A stretch of DNA of 62,922 nt, counting the filler, from Octopus bimaculoides (Eukaryota), in the NCBI RefSeq assembly GCF_001194135.2. It is 3 parts of 3 records of this genome, joined end to end, with 100 filler letters (N's around TTAATTAATTAA, not from the genome) between each part and the next. Parts side by side here need not be neighbours in the genome. Positions count along the whole stretch, not along the records: positions 1 to 30,428 come from NC_068989.1; 2 more parts are not named here. One strand, written 5' to 3'. The translations under genes were made by a program, and so were the position numbers. This document shows, one piece after another, positions 1 to 13,400 of this stretch (position 1 is the first letter of the stretch; each line of letters opens with the position of its first letter). Below the pieces are notes generated by a model. The model saw only the letters and a program-made list of their open reading frames with translations, searched no databases and was not told the DNA's origin.

Positions 1-48
<48 letters not shown>

Positions 49-1659
49 GGTATGTTCTCACAAACTATGCTTGTAGCAGAAAGTTTTACCGGAATTTCAT
101 TATATGAATCCTCAAACTGGATTTCCTACCATTAAACCAAATAATGTATATTGCTTACCCGATACTCATCAGAATCCATTACATCAAAATCCATTACAGA
201 TGTTATCCTTCTTTGCAAAATTGTTGTTTTAAAGTAGTATCTGAAACTGAATATTCAAAGAAGTTTTATGTGAGTGAAATAATATTATTACAGTTTTATA
301 GTAGAATGTTCTATACCAAGGAACACTTCATAACAGTGGACTCCTGTACGATGGTACAATATAATAATCTGTAGCATTGCAACATTCGTAGATGTATTTT
401 ATTCGCTATAAGTTACAATCAGCATCCTATCCTGTTAATTCTCAACGAGAGGCTTTTAAACATGATCAATGTCATTATGATTCACTTCATTTGGCTGTTA
501 TCAGAAATGATTATTGATGCCTTTCAATAATGGTAAGATTGATAAATGACAGGATTACTTTGAAAGGGAATCTCTATATCATTCATGTGGAAAAAAGTGC
601 GATTGCTCAAAGCTATGGCGATCTAATAACAATAATTCACCATGTGCCATTTTTATAACATTAGTAGCTGACTCTGATCCAGCTGAAAAAATCAATTGTT
701 TCGATTACAATAAATGGAAATGATGTTGACACTTTAATTTATTCAGGAAGATCACCATATCCTTCCAGCAACTCTATACCCATTAATGTGTAATTGTTTA
801 TGAAATTTAATTCTATAGTTAATGTTTTCTAAGTACAACAAATTACTTAAGTTTTACTATTTGTGTTGTTACTCTTCAAGGCAATATTTATTATAATAAC
901 AATTTTATTTTCAAAAATTCACGGATATGCGGTAGTTTTATTGTTGCTACAGACTTTAATGCTTGGAATTCGTCTTAATAAAAATACGGATATCAAGTAT
1001 CATGGCTCTTTATCTTCGTTCTTAGTTTGTGTCTTATCATCATGCTGTTAGAACTCCTTAAAATTCTGAAAAGTCTTAATAAATGTTGTAAATCCATTGT
1101 TAGTCCTAGCTGCTTATAATGTTGAGAAGGATACACTATGTATTTTCAGAAAGTTGAGTTAACGAAAATTTATTCACATAAAGTATATTAGATGCCATTT
1201 TGTCTACATCGCCTACTTAGGATTTAGTTGTGGAAACTCATAAATAAATAAATACTTGTGATATATATATATATTCACAGTTTATCAAACAACTTATATG
1301 ATTTGTATATTCCTTGTATATTGTTTCAACTATATTAAATACCAACGCAAAATACATTTTTTCCCGACTGTGTTTAATTAAAACAACGTAATTATAAAGT
1401 ACTTCTTCAAATTGATGATTGGCAGTTTACGTCTCTCTAAAGTAATGTGAAATTATATTTGCTCTGTAATAGGCACTTTAATGAGTTGCAATATGTTATG
1501 TGTGTTTTAACTATAATTTATATCGTTTTAATTGTTAATCCTCTTAGTACTTGATTGTAATGATGATATTAATATGTCTGGGTTTAACTGGTGCGGCGAT
1601 TTGATAGAATCGTTAACGCTCAACTAAGAGTGCATAACAGTATTACTTCTGACTTATCA

Positions 1660-1810
1660 TTCTAATATCAAATACTGCTGAGGTTGACTTTGTCTTTCAT
1701 TCTTTCAGAGTCGATACAATATGTATCATTTGAATGCCGAAGTCAATGTGATTTACTTATACGCTTCCGCCGAAATTGCTGGCCTTATGCTAAAATACAA
1801 AACCAATATG
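1660..1810 (+). mobile_element. SINE family A, old degenerate copy
   Basis: gctgaggttgactttgtctttcattctttcagagtcgata aligns to the family core gaggtcgactttgcctttcatcctttcggggtcgata. Confidence 0.6.
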
Positions 1811-2143
1811 TATGGATTGAGTACTGTGGAGAGTAATCAAAATTATTAATTCTAATAAGATGTCTCACGTGTGTAATGTAAGATGTGAGCGATTTTTCTA
1901 AGAAGTAAAATTTATGAAGTATAACTTCATAACGTAACATTTAGTTCTATATTTAAGAGATGAGGAATTACATTATTAATGAGAGGATATCTTCGTTACT
2001 TAGGAAAATAACCAGAGATGATGATAGAAAGAATATCCGTCAATTGTAAATTATGTAAGTAATGGTCATTATATTAATAAAAGTAATCGCTTCAGTGAAT
2101 GCTTGGAATGTTTTTAAACTAATCCAGATTAATTTCACAGTAT

Positions 2144-2260
2144 TCTTAAAAATCACACTAATATCTCAAAATCTGAAAAAGTTAATCTGAAATATTTTTA
2201 CTCTTAAAAATCACAGTAATGTCTCAAAATCTGAAAAAGCTGAATCCGAAATATTTTTAC
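2144..2260. repeat. Tandem duplication, 58-59 bp x2
   Basis: tcttaaaaatcaca...ctcaaaatctgaaaaag...gaaatatttttac starts at 2144 and 2202. Confidence 0.9.
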
Positions 2261-5200
2261 TTCAATCTGGTGTCTCTAACGTGGCTATATCTGTTATATT
2301 GGGAAAAAATCAAATTTCCTCTCACTTGTGGTTCACTACTTAATTATTCTTAAAAAATCCTTAACATAAATATCTATGAATTGAACAAGAGGCCTCAGCC
2401 ATTTTAAAAAGTATTAGGAAGATGTTACAGTGGATAACTGTACACCTATTTCAACTTTTAAGGATATCACAAAGTTGTTACGTTTTACTATCAGCAATGG
2501 ATGTTCATTAAAAAAAAAATTATAACCGTTGACAACTGGAATTATCAGAATATACGTATTGCATTTTGGAATATGCTTATGTAAAATTCTCTGCTGCTAA
2601 ATGTAGTCCAGTATTTGTTTTGCTTTTCATATCTTTTCTTGCTTCTAAACTTAAGAAACTGGTTTCCTAATCTACCACTTGTTGGCATTATCACTATGTG
2701 AATTGCAAAACAAAATAACTCTCAGATTAAATTATATAAAGCTACTACATTTCTCATGTATAGGGGATGTATTATTACAGTTATTTGTTTTACATCAGAA
2801 AATGGTCAAGCTAATCTGTGTTACCAAAAAAAAAAAAACACTGTTAAATTTATCTGTTGACGACATTGTACCTAAAAATGTTATAAAAGATTAAGTATTT
2901 TATTTATTGTTCAAGTGTAGTTTAGAGTCATACATGTATGCTCATTACAAACTTTGAGTATTGTGAAAATAAGCAATGCGTAGCTGCCGAGGATCTCAGT
3001 TGCTGGATTTGATAACTTTATTTTCCATCTATTCAATACGTGTATTAATAGTATCGATAGTGCTCCGTAAAGCCCGTAGGTATGAGGCCGATACAATCGA
3101 CGTAACATTACGTTGTAGATGTCCATACAACTAGGTCTTAAAGACTACAAATCAATGTGTATCGAGGCAGGATTTACTTCTACCGGACGACTTCCTAAGC
3201 TCAAATTCATTGAGGGCAAGTAAGTGAAGGCTGTATAAAAATTTCTTGCTTTTTTATCAAGACATAAGATATTGTGATACTAAATTTATTTTAGTGCTAC
3301 CAGATACAAGTATTTTATTCTGGAAACATAAAATTCTCCAATCTAAAACATTATAAACCACACAACTTAACTTTAATGTGGAGATTTCCTCGTTGCCGTG
3401 CTACAGCTTGTAATTATGTTAGCTCATAATTAAGTTTTAATGAAATAAGAAGAAATTTGCTTGAGCAATCAATTTCTCATAATGTTCCTTTTTATCCGTA
3501 TGTTGAATCACAAATGTGCCTCAGAGGCTTTATATCAACAGGTAATATTTTAAGTCACTGTCAACATGTTCGTCCTCACGGGGCCTTGATTCTCTAAATT
3601 GTGGAGATCATGTCATGTGGCATTCGATATGTGTACATTCAGCTGAGTTTAAAATGTGCTATCAATAAAAATGCATATAATATTGTGATAAACAATAAAT
3701 GTAAAACAACAACAGGAAATAAGTAATTACGTAAGAAAATTAATAGGTACATTGTGAACACACAAAATAATGGCCTAGAAAGAAGTAAGACCTGAAATTT
3801 GATGCGGTATTAAGCTTGTATTTATTAAATATGTTATCTCAGATTTCCATTTTCGATTACCCTTTTAGTTTCTCATTTAGTATCGGTTGAATACATTTTT
3901 TCCCTCACCTCAAAATATAATTTGTCAATGATAGCTATACAAGTATCATGTTATTGCGCAATATAACGTTATTTACTTAAATCGCAATTAATAATGCATT
4001 CGATACAATGTATTAAGGAATATATACATACACACACTCACATGCACACACACATACACAACAAACACGTACATGCACACATACATAAATGTGTGTGTGT
4101 GTGTGAGTGTGTGTATGTGTGTTATAAATTTGGCAGATTAGATTAAATGGGTTGGTATAGTTTATACGTTTATGCTATTCCTGTTGTTATTTCAATAGTA
4201 ACATTTCTTTTTTAGTCAATATAATGTTAGATTCACCTGTTTACTATTAGCGATTCTATATTACTCATGATTATGTTTAATGAATCAACAGACAAATTCC
4301 ATCTTTGAATGCAGAGAGTCTTTGTTGACGGCGGTCTATCATTTCGGGTATTGTATATTGTTATATTTTTTTTTGAATCGCTTTAATAATTTCTTATTTT
4401 ATGTTTCCTCTCTCCATCTTTTTGTTTTTCTATGTTGGTTTTCCGGTTTAGATGATCTTATACGAGAATATACACTATCTGTTGTGGCTATTACATATTT
4501 TAATTGATTTCTTCTAGTGTTATTAATGATTGAATAGCATTTGAAATGTCATTATTTCAAGGCAATTAATGAATGAATTATTTTCAGATGATAAGTAGAT
4601 AAATTTGGAGACATTGTGCAGTTTAGTAGCTACCGTCTCTTGAATATGCTTCACTGGTGACGCCCATTAAAACCATAACAAATCCGGAATTGTCATTATA
4701 GCCACCAATCATTGAACTGCATGCACACTTATATAGCTCGAATTTTTATTCACTTGAATCTTATTTCTACCTCACCACACAAATAGTAAATTTTATTAAC
4801 ACGCTAATAATATCTCTCCTAATTAATGATATAATTCGAATTGATTAAATAGTTTTCAGCCATTACATTAAGTATTCATCTGAGCACTTTACCTGTTTCC
4901 ATGCTTAGAACACACATGGGAATCTTTACCAATATTTCTGACAGCCCAGTTAGCAGCCTTTATATTTGCGTTGCTATTTCATCAGTACCTATTTTATATA
5001 GAAGCTTTCTTTGGGAGAACTTTTGGAAACTCCAAAAAATGAACACATTTAACTTATTGTAAAATTCAAACTTTCCATGTTTAACATTTTACAGAATTTT
5101 GTCTTTTGCATATTCATTTGTGTTTATATTTCCCGAGGGTTTGTTCTAGTTTAGCTTTTGCTGGTCGATATTCTATACAATGCTGACGTTTGCTATTTCT

Positions 5201-5665
5201 GCGTTTCTAATAATTTTATTAGTTTTACATGAATAACGTCAATCTTCATGATTTATGTTCTGAATGTTTACAATTTTAATGCATATATTTATGTTTTGTT
5301 TTGCTGTTTGTTTTGCTGGGTTTATTCTACGTCTTTTTTGGGTCTTTTATTATGTATTCTTTCACTAAAACTTCTAAATCTGTGGCCAAAGCCATCATTT
5401 CTTTCTTTATTTTATTTTTGGTTTCAAATACGTATCATCTGAAATTATCTGTTCTTTTAGCATGGACAGTTAACTCTAAATTATGGTTATTTTGTGGCTG
5501 GATGTTAAAAGAAATTTGCGATATTTTCATGTTTGTGAGATACGAATAGCTATAAAATATATATGAACCAAACACTCATATATCATAAGATACCAATTAT
5601 TATATTTTTCCCATGTTTTACTTCACACATCAAGCTTTATACCTCTGATCTTTATTTTTTATCGG

Positions 5666-5666
5666 G

Positions 5667-5725
<59 letters not shown>

Positions 5726-5728
5726 CAT

Positions 5729-5778
<50 letters not shown>

Positions 5779-5795
5779 TTATTACTACTACTACC

Positions 5796-5832
<37 letters not shown>

Positions 5833-5857
5833 TTATTATCATTATTATTATTATTAT
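5666..5857. repeat. Compound (ATT)n/(ACT)n microsatellite
   Basis: Direct reading. Confidence 0.95.
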
Positions 5858-6060
5858 TGGAGAGTTGGCAAAATGGATAGCATTCCAGGCAAAATGTTTG
5901 GTAACGTTTCGTCCGGTTATGTTCGGAATTATAATTACTTCGTGGTCAGCGTTGTCTTTCGCCATTTTGGAGTTGATAAATTAGGTGCCAGTGAAACACT
6001 GCGGTTGATGTAATTTCCCAAAATGTCTGACTTGTACCTTTAGCAGAAAGGATTATTATC
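5857..6060 (+). mobile_element. SINE family A, degenerate full-length copy
   Basis: Head ggagagttggcaaaa, core gataaattaggtgccagtgaaacact, tail gcagaaaggattatt are collinear with the copy at 44173. Confidence 0.7.
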
Positions 6061-6364
6061 CCTGTTGTTGTGTGGATACTTCCAGAAGAGAAGTAGGCTA
6101 GTCCACTACGTATAAATAGTGTACGTGATAGCCAGTAAGACACGAGGTTCGGAGAATGGTCGGTCAACGAAGATTTCTTCTTTTTTTTTCTTTTTTGGTT
6201 GTGACAGTGTGTTTTTTGAAATCTTTACGATTCCGTTGAAGTAAATGTGATATTGTTATAATCGTTAACGATCTCCCCTCGTGGGTGCACCACGTTTGTT
6301 CCTTGTGAAATTGGTGTTTTAGTAACGCGTTTTTTTTTTTAAATTGTGTTCTTTCTTCCCATTC

Positions 6365-9300
6365 ATGGGAGTGCCGGAGAGAAAAAAGTGAAATTGAAAC
6401 TGGACCAGTAAATAGCGACAGTTATGCGGCTGCAACTGGTAGAGGGACAGAAGCAGAAACTTTGGAAGTTCGGAAAGTTAAAATTGAGTCAAGAAAGCTG
6501 AAAGAAAGCGGGAAGCTATTGGAAAAGGAAGGCTACAACCTGAAGTTAACGTTCCCAGTTGACTTAACAAATGGAGTGTAAAGAAGGACAGTGATATACA
6601 AAACACTAAAGGTATCGATAAGGTAAATAGAAATTGCTACGATGGAAGACACCGGGAAGTGTTTAAAAGAAGTCGAAAAGGTCACCACATTTATAACAAG
6701 GGAAAGAAGATATAGCGCAGAGGAGGTGTGATTCGCAAACGAAGAAGCGATAAAGCACTCCACGGATGCCATAAAGACAGAAGAGCGGTTGCTCCTACCA
6801 ACATAGTGTGGCAAGCAAGTTGTTAGAGTAAGGGTGGGAAAAGTACCACTGGAGTTGGATGAATCATGGCTGGTTGCTGCAACCTCCCATACGTTACTTG
6901 TGTGGCCAGAAAGGCCACATAAAGATGAGGTGCCCCAAGAGAGAAGAGAAAGAGTAACAAATGGAACAGGCTGCGGAACAAGAGAAAATGAACGATGTGG
7001 TACAGGAAGATGAGAAGCAGACACGAGGAATAGGGGAGGAATTTGAAGCGGTGAAAAAACGAAAAAGGAAAGAAAGAATGGGCTCTCCACCGAAGAGACA
7101 GAAACAGAAAAAAAAGAAGCAAAAGGGGTGGAGAAAGAAGTCGTAAAATTGGTTGAAAAGAAAGTCGTTGAATAGAAGGTTGAGAAAGGGGTAGAAAAGG
7201 AGGTTGAGACAAATGTTACGGAGGAGATAGAAGCAAGCATACTAGAGAACATTTTTGGACAGCAAAGAGAAGAAACAACGACACTAACCAGAATGAAAAA
7301 GGTGGCGCCAGGAGTGGACATGACAAACAAGCAAGAAAACAAAGAAAATATAGCTGGAATTTCGTGACATATTCTAAAAGCATATATACGGAAAGAGTGA
7401 TAAGGGTTAAGTTGCCCAAGAAGATGTACAGTGAAAACGTCAAAGGCTATCCTAATCGATAAAGAAAAATATTAAATGTTGAAGGAAAAGTGTCAAATTG
7501 AGCAGCCGGGTTTCGTGGTGGAGTTCGATGAACTGCCGCCAGTAGTAGAACTAAGTGAACTAGATCCTTACATGAGATATTAAAAAAGGGTGTAAAATGG
7601 TTAAAAGAAGAAGGAAAAAAAGTAAACAAAATGATGCTGATAGTGAAAAAGTAAGGAAAAAAGAAAAAAAACTACAAATTGAATGTAAGAACGTTCACAT
7701 GATACTACATGTGAGTGGGGTGCATGCAGCCATTTCATCACCATCAATTTCATTGTACATTTTTCCGGTGTTGATTAGGAGAAGCTTGAATCTCAAGATA
7801 AGGACCATTATCCTGGATCCAGTACGTGAGTCGGTGGTCGTGGGTGTGAACAGTAAGGACGGGGATGCCTTCAGACCGGTGACTGCTTATGCTCCGACAA
7901 AAGCAGGACAATCGTGGCTTGAGACTTTTGGAAGTTTTCCTACGATAGTCTCGACCTTTAGTATTAGTGGGCGACTGGAAATTCGTCGTAAAGCCACGTT
8001 CGCACTCTGTGAGCCTAGTAAATACAGGAGGTAGTGGTAAAATCCTCGCAAACCTGCTCAAACATAACGAACCGTAGCATCCAGTTCGTATCTGGACAGG
8101 GTTTTCTGTAGGCCAGTAGGTAAAGATAATTTGTCCACTTTTCAAACTGGTATCCTACATAGATCACAGGTTTATGATTTGTACACTCAACCTAGAAAGA
8201 CGAGATGGGCAGGGACACGATTACTGGAAGTTGAACGCCTTACTCCCAGCGTGCCAAACTTAGAGTGACCGGATTAGAGAATTAAACGAGCGTTGAGGTG
8301 ACAATTGTCAACAACAAATTGTGGTTTGCCCTGGAAAGCGCATTTAGTGAAGTATCAGTAAGCTTTAGTAAGGCATTGGCGATAGAAAGATATAAAATAG
8401 AAGGTAATTTAGATAGAAATTTAGAATAGGCAACAAGAAAAGGTATAATAAGCAACGTGCTGGCCGTGAGATTAGTTGTGGGCTAATTTTTCAACATTAA
8501 ACACGATGGTTGCGTTATCTGGGCTAAGGTAAGTGCTCTAGGACAATATCGAACGAAAACCGCTGAATGGGCGCGAGTGGCAAAGACATAACGCGGCAAT
8601 AAAGACACAATTCGGCTTTTGGTAAACCAAAATTGGTACATGTTACTCGAGACCGAACAGATTTGTACGGCATTTGAGCAGTATTTACTCAACTGTTTGG
8701 GATGAAAAGCAGTCCGGAACGTAGAGGTGACTGCCTCCATGACTCTCAGAAAGTGGGGAGGATTGTTGCTAAATGCTGATATCAGCCACAGAAATACGGG
8801 ATACGATGATGAGTTCCATGGGGATGGGAATCGCCTGGTTTGGTTGGTCTGACCTATGAACAATACTCCTGTATGCCAGACTTTTCTGGCGGCCATTTGG
8901 CAGATATCTACCGCAGCTGGCAACACAACGAGAGAATCCCTAATTTTTATTTCTTTATTGCCCACAAGGGGTTAAACATAAAGGGGACAATCAAGGACAG
9001 ACGAAGGGATTAAATCGATTACATCGACCCCAGTACGTAACTGGTACTTAATTTATCGACCCCGAAAGGATGAAAGGCAAAGTCGACCTCGGTGGAATTT
9101 GAACTCCGAACGTAAAGTCAGGTGAAATAACGCTAAGCATTTCGCCCGGCGTGTTAGCGTTTCTGCCAGCTCGACGCCTCGAATCCCTAATTCTGTTAGT
9201 CGAGGAACGATGGTACTGTTAAGAAAGAACCCAAACAAGTGGGATCAAATAGAAAACTTAAGGCCAATAATGCTGCTGAACACAAACTTCAAAATTTTGC

Positions 9301-10190
9301 CCATAGTGTTAGTAAAGAGGTTTGCGCTTGTCGTCGAAGAACTGATTGGTGAGACGCAAACATCCGCAATCCCAAGTAGATTCCTTCATGGCAATCTCTA
9401 CCTCATTCGATAGAGCTTACATAGGCTGCGTAAGGGACCTGGCAAGGTTGGAGCGCTGATCAATATGNNNNNNNNNNATCAATATGGTCGACCAGCAATA
9501 CTTGGCGGCTGTGCTCACGGCGGCCACCTTCGGTCCCTTTTTTTTCGTAGCTGGATTGCTGCGATGTAAACAGCGACATTTGCTCTGTAGTTCGAATGAA
9601 TGGTTACCTAAGGGACCCATTCAACACCAAGGGTGTCCGCTTTCTTTCTTCTGTATGTACTGACTCTTGATCATTTACTTCGAAAATTGGAGCCGTTGAG
9701 AGGCATCCCGCATGAACTAAGATGTGGGAGAACCATGTCAGCAAACACAGATGACTTCACCGTCATGGTCTCGGCACTGCTCTAAGAGAATACAAGGTGG
9801 TGAAAGGTGAAAAATTTAACCAGAAACAAGTCAGTTTGACTGCAGTTCGGCACCCAGAGAAGCAGGTCCATGCGGTCCAAGAATGCCGTGGGACGCTGGA
9901 AGGAGGAAGCGTTTAAATTACTCGGGTTTTGTTTGGTCCAGTTCACCAGGTGGAGAAGAACTGGGACGAGATGACGAGCAGAACGGACAATGTCGCCAAG
10001 TGGGCCGAGAGAAAGCTATCACTGAAAAGTCGGGCAGAGGTGGAAAATGCAAATATCACCTCCGTCATATATTATCACCTGACTGTCAAGCCTTGCCCCA
10101 GTTCACGTCTGACGAAACTGGAGCGCGTACTTTTCTGTTAGTGTGCGGGATAAAATGCTTAGAGCCATTCTGTCTGGCTTTGCTTTTGGA
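6365..10190 (+). mobile_element. Decayed L1-clade (Tx1-like) non-LTR retrotransposon: ORF1 plus APE-RT ORF2, 3'-truncated
   Basis: ORF1 remnants have an SYAAA motif and a zinc knuckle (R)YLCGQKGHIKMRC at 6892-6933. Endonuclease remnants: RPVTAYAP, GDW, SYLDR, DHR. RT remnants: SPGLVGLTYE, LRPIMLLNTNFKIL, QGCPLS, TDDF, then WAERKLSLKSRAEV. Many stops and frameshifts; ends approximate. Confidence 0.88.
8946..9180 (-). mobile_element. tRNA-derived SINE family A, full-length, inserted in LINE ORF2
   Basis: A-box-like gagctggcagaa head and B-box gagttcaaattcc on the minus strand. 12-bp TSD gaatccctaatt at 8934-8945 and 9181-9192. Confidence 0.93.
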
Positions 10191-10287
10191 GTTCAAATTC
10201 CGCCGATGTCGAAATTCGTAGTTAGATAATATAAGTTCAAGGTGTGCATTGGGGTCGTGTTAATCGATATACCATCCATATTTCACG

Positions 10288-10367
10288 CTTTGCATCTGTA
10301 GTAGAATCCTCCTCCTCCTCCTCCTCCTCATCATCATCATCATCATCACCACCATCACCATCATCAA

Positions 10368-10429
<62 letters not shown>

Positions 10430-10505
10430 ACATCATCATCATCATCATCTTCACCATCATCGTCATCGTCATCATCATCATCATCATCATCATCATCGTC
10501 ATCAC
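10288..10505. repeat. (TCC)n/(TCA)n microsatellite
   Basis: Direct reading; source of the spurious poly-D/S/M ORFs. Confidence 0.95.
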
Positions 10506-11240
10506 TTGTAACAGTAACAGCAGTCATAGTAGTAGTGGTGGCAGAAATTATTGCCGTAGTAAAATTCTATGCATACGCAGTCAATTGTGCTAGTTTATGT
10601 TGCTTCTCTTCTATTGAAGAAACTCTATTCTCCCAAGTAACAGTCTTAATATTTCCTTTCTTCTCTTTTTGCACACTTAGTCCGGGATATTTAGTCATAT
10701 ATATATACATACATATATAAATGATAGGTATTGTTTATCTTTGCTTGGCTGCCATATTTCTGACGTATCTATTTCTGAATTCGTATTCATTTAGAGATGC
10801 ATAAGCATCTTTTTGGACTGAAACGTCAATTAGGAGGCGTTTTATTTCCTACTGTCCTTGACAACTATATCTCGTCGATTATCCCTGTATATATTAGCAC
10901 ATCTCAAAGTATTGTCACTTCCTCATTTCCCAGAATCACTTTTCTAATGTATGATTATATACCACTATCTCATATCTGATGGCCTTTGATAAAGGCTGTC
11001 AGAGTATCCAGTGTATGTAAGTTCCAACCCCGTTATGCTATTATGTGTATATGATGCCATGATAAACTTGACATACGGAGTCTAATGGTTAATTGTTTCT
11101 CAATATATTATACAGTTACAGACATTTACACATTTTACTTTTCAGACAGGAGAGTTTTTATCCGCTACGATATTGAATATTCTGTTCACTCTCACATTCT
11201 CTCTCTCCATTTCTCTTTCTCTCTCCCCTTTTCTTTCTCT

Positions 11241-11311
<71 letters not shown>

Positions 11312-12289
11312 GTCTTCTCACCTTCGCTTCTTGCGCTTCACAATCAGGTTTTTTTCGAGTATTGTGATAGTATGTTATAATTCATTACGAGTTATTTTTT
11401 TTATTTGCACAGGGGATATATCATAATAGTGTTGTATAGAAAGATGACGCCTACTTCTCTTTATTTGCTGTATATATATTTCCATGTCACATTTTCTGTA
11501 ACATATTGTAAGTGTTATCCTTGTCTTCCTTCTCTAGCCAGGCTAATATAATTCGTGTCGAGTTCAAAATATTGTAACTTTAACATATTATTGGACATCG
11601 AGTACTGATACATGACATGTTTTTATTTCCTTTGTCGCGCATTTAATCTTAAGTATTATTCTAATGTTACATCAATATCGTTTTCTCGACGTTCATGTTA
11701 TACTTGTACGTTCTATTTCAGCAAGTGCAAAGAGTCTGAAGATAGCAGTGCCATAATGGAGGAAGCAATTAAAGGATAAAAATGTATCAGAAAAGTCCTT
11801 AACCACACCAAGAACAAATCTTCAAAGAATTATATGGAATTATTAATAAAAGCATAAACATGCATGTTGTTTTTATGACAACATGTATAAGCAAGTATAT
11901 AAGACTAAATGAAATAATGCCTGTAATAGTTACAAAGGAAAATGGCTATTCCCTAAGCTTTACTCTTCTATTAATGGGAAAACCGCATCCTATAATTATT
12001 ACATTAAATAATTTAGCATAGGGGAAGATTCATTTATTTATGCTCCTTAACAACCAATATTCGATAAGGAATTTTGGAACACTCTCACTAATTGAATTCG
12101 TAAATCCCTTGTTTAATCAATCACTCATTCGTTGAGACGATTTCTGCTGTATCTTAATTCGACCGTTTTATTAGTACTTCATAATGTTAGTGTAATTGCT
12201 AATGTGTAAAAGTTTCAATTCTGTTATTCTCATAGACACACTAGTAAATATTGTGAAGGCAGTAAAATCGCATAGTATGCTACGATCAT

Positions 12290-12400
12290 AATCGTAATGC
12301 CCTGGGTTCAGTTCCTTGACACTAAGGTGTGTTGTGTCCTTGAGCAAAGAGCTTGATTTCACGTTGCTTCAGTCTACTCAGCTGAAATGATGAGTAGCAG
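12290..12400 (+). mobile_element. Fragment of another tRNA-derived SINE family
   Basis: B-box-like gggttcagttcc followed by tccttgagcaa...cacgttgcttcagtctactcagctg, typical of a SINE body; recognised from memory only. Confidence 0.5.
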
Positions 12401-12780
12401 TCGGGTGCTAATGCTAATGCAGCTTACTCTCCGTTCATCTGTGATTTTTTGAATCAACTGCTGGGTCAAATGTCAGAGGATGTTTGAGAGTACATAATGC
12501 CCTAAAACAATTATGGGAATCATGGTTCATTTTACCAAGTCATTCACGTTTGCAGGTGACGGATGGGTCTCTATATCTGAACACATTTACGTCTTATTTA
12601 ATTGTTCCGTACTTATTTCTCTACATTCTGGTCGTATATAGTTTTGGTAGCTTCTTATGTGCAGGACTGATCCGTTGCCGCAATCACGTTTAATTATGGA
12701 CTACTCCGACACATATACTATTATTTGGTCCGTGTTCACTTACTTCATATAGATGATTCCCTTGTTGTCATTATTCTGTA

Positions 12781-12930
12781 ATCTTTGAGTTCAAATTCCG
12801 CTGAGGTCGACTTTTCGTTTCACCATGTATGGGTCGATGAAATAATTACCAGTTACGCACTGAGGTCGATGCAATCGATCATCTCGCTGCCAAATGTTCA
12901 AGATCTTGCACCTAGAGTAGAAATAATTGT
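12781..12930 (+). mobile_element. SINE family A, 5'-truncated copy
   Basis: gagttcaaattccgctgaggtcgactt...cctagagtagaaataatt. Confidence 0.8.
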
Positions 12931-13350
12931 TCTGTAAGCTTTGTCCTTGCTTATAAATTTTCAGTTTTTCTGTTATTTTTCTCCTTTAGGATTCTCTTTG
13001 TCACATAATACTGCGCTGCTTTTATATTTGTCATATCTTTTTTCATTATATTATTTTAAACAATAACTACGTATATATTTTGCTAATATCTTTTAAATTA
13101 TCCTCTACATGTTTTCAAATAGCTATAGCTATAGCTACTACTCACAATTTACTTTGTTCATATTTATTATAAGATTCAATTATGTTTACTAGCAGTTCTT
13201 GGCCAAAATGAACATTCCAATGGCGTGCACCTACATCCAACAGTTTTCCAGTTGTGACCACAGGTCCTATTTTAATATATATATATTATGCACTATAGTA
13301 TCCAAGCTTCTTTCACACTTTTAAGACTATATTTAGTGATTTTTCGGAAT

Positions 13351-13400
13351 ATATGGCCGCTATTTCTGCTGCTATAATACAGCAGAAATAGCAGTCATAT
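13351..13400. repeat. Short inverted repeat: 21-bp arms, 8-nt loop
   Basis: atatggccgctatttctgctg / cagcagaaatagcagtcatat, 2 mismatches. Confidence 0.85.

Noticed and set aside
476-532. Ankyrin-like DSLHLAV peptide before a GTAAGA donor
   Set aside because: In-frame TGA at 515-517 and only a 5-residue resemblance.
6533-7342. 269-aa minus-strand ORF
   Set aside because: Antisense shadow of the purine-rich LINE ORF1; no recognisable domain.
10237-10720. Poly-D, poly-S and poly-M ORFs, and all other low-complexity or X-filled ORFs in the track
   Set aside because: Translations of microsatellites and gaps.
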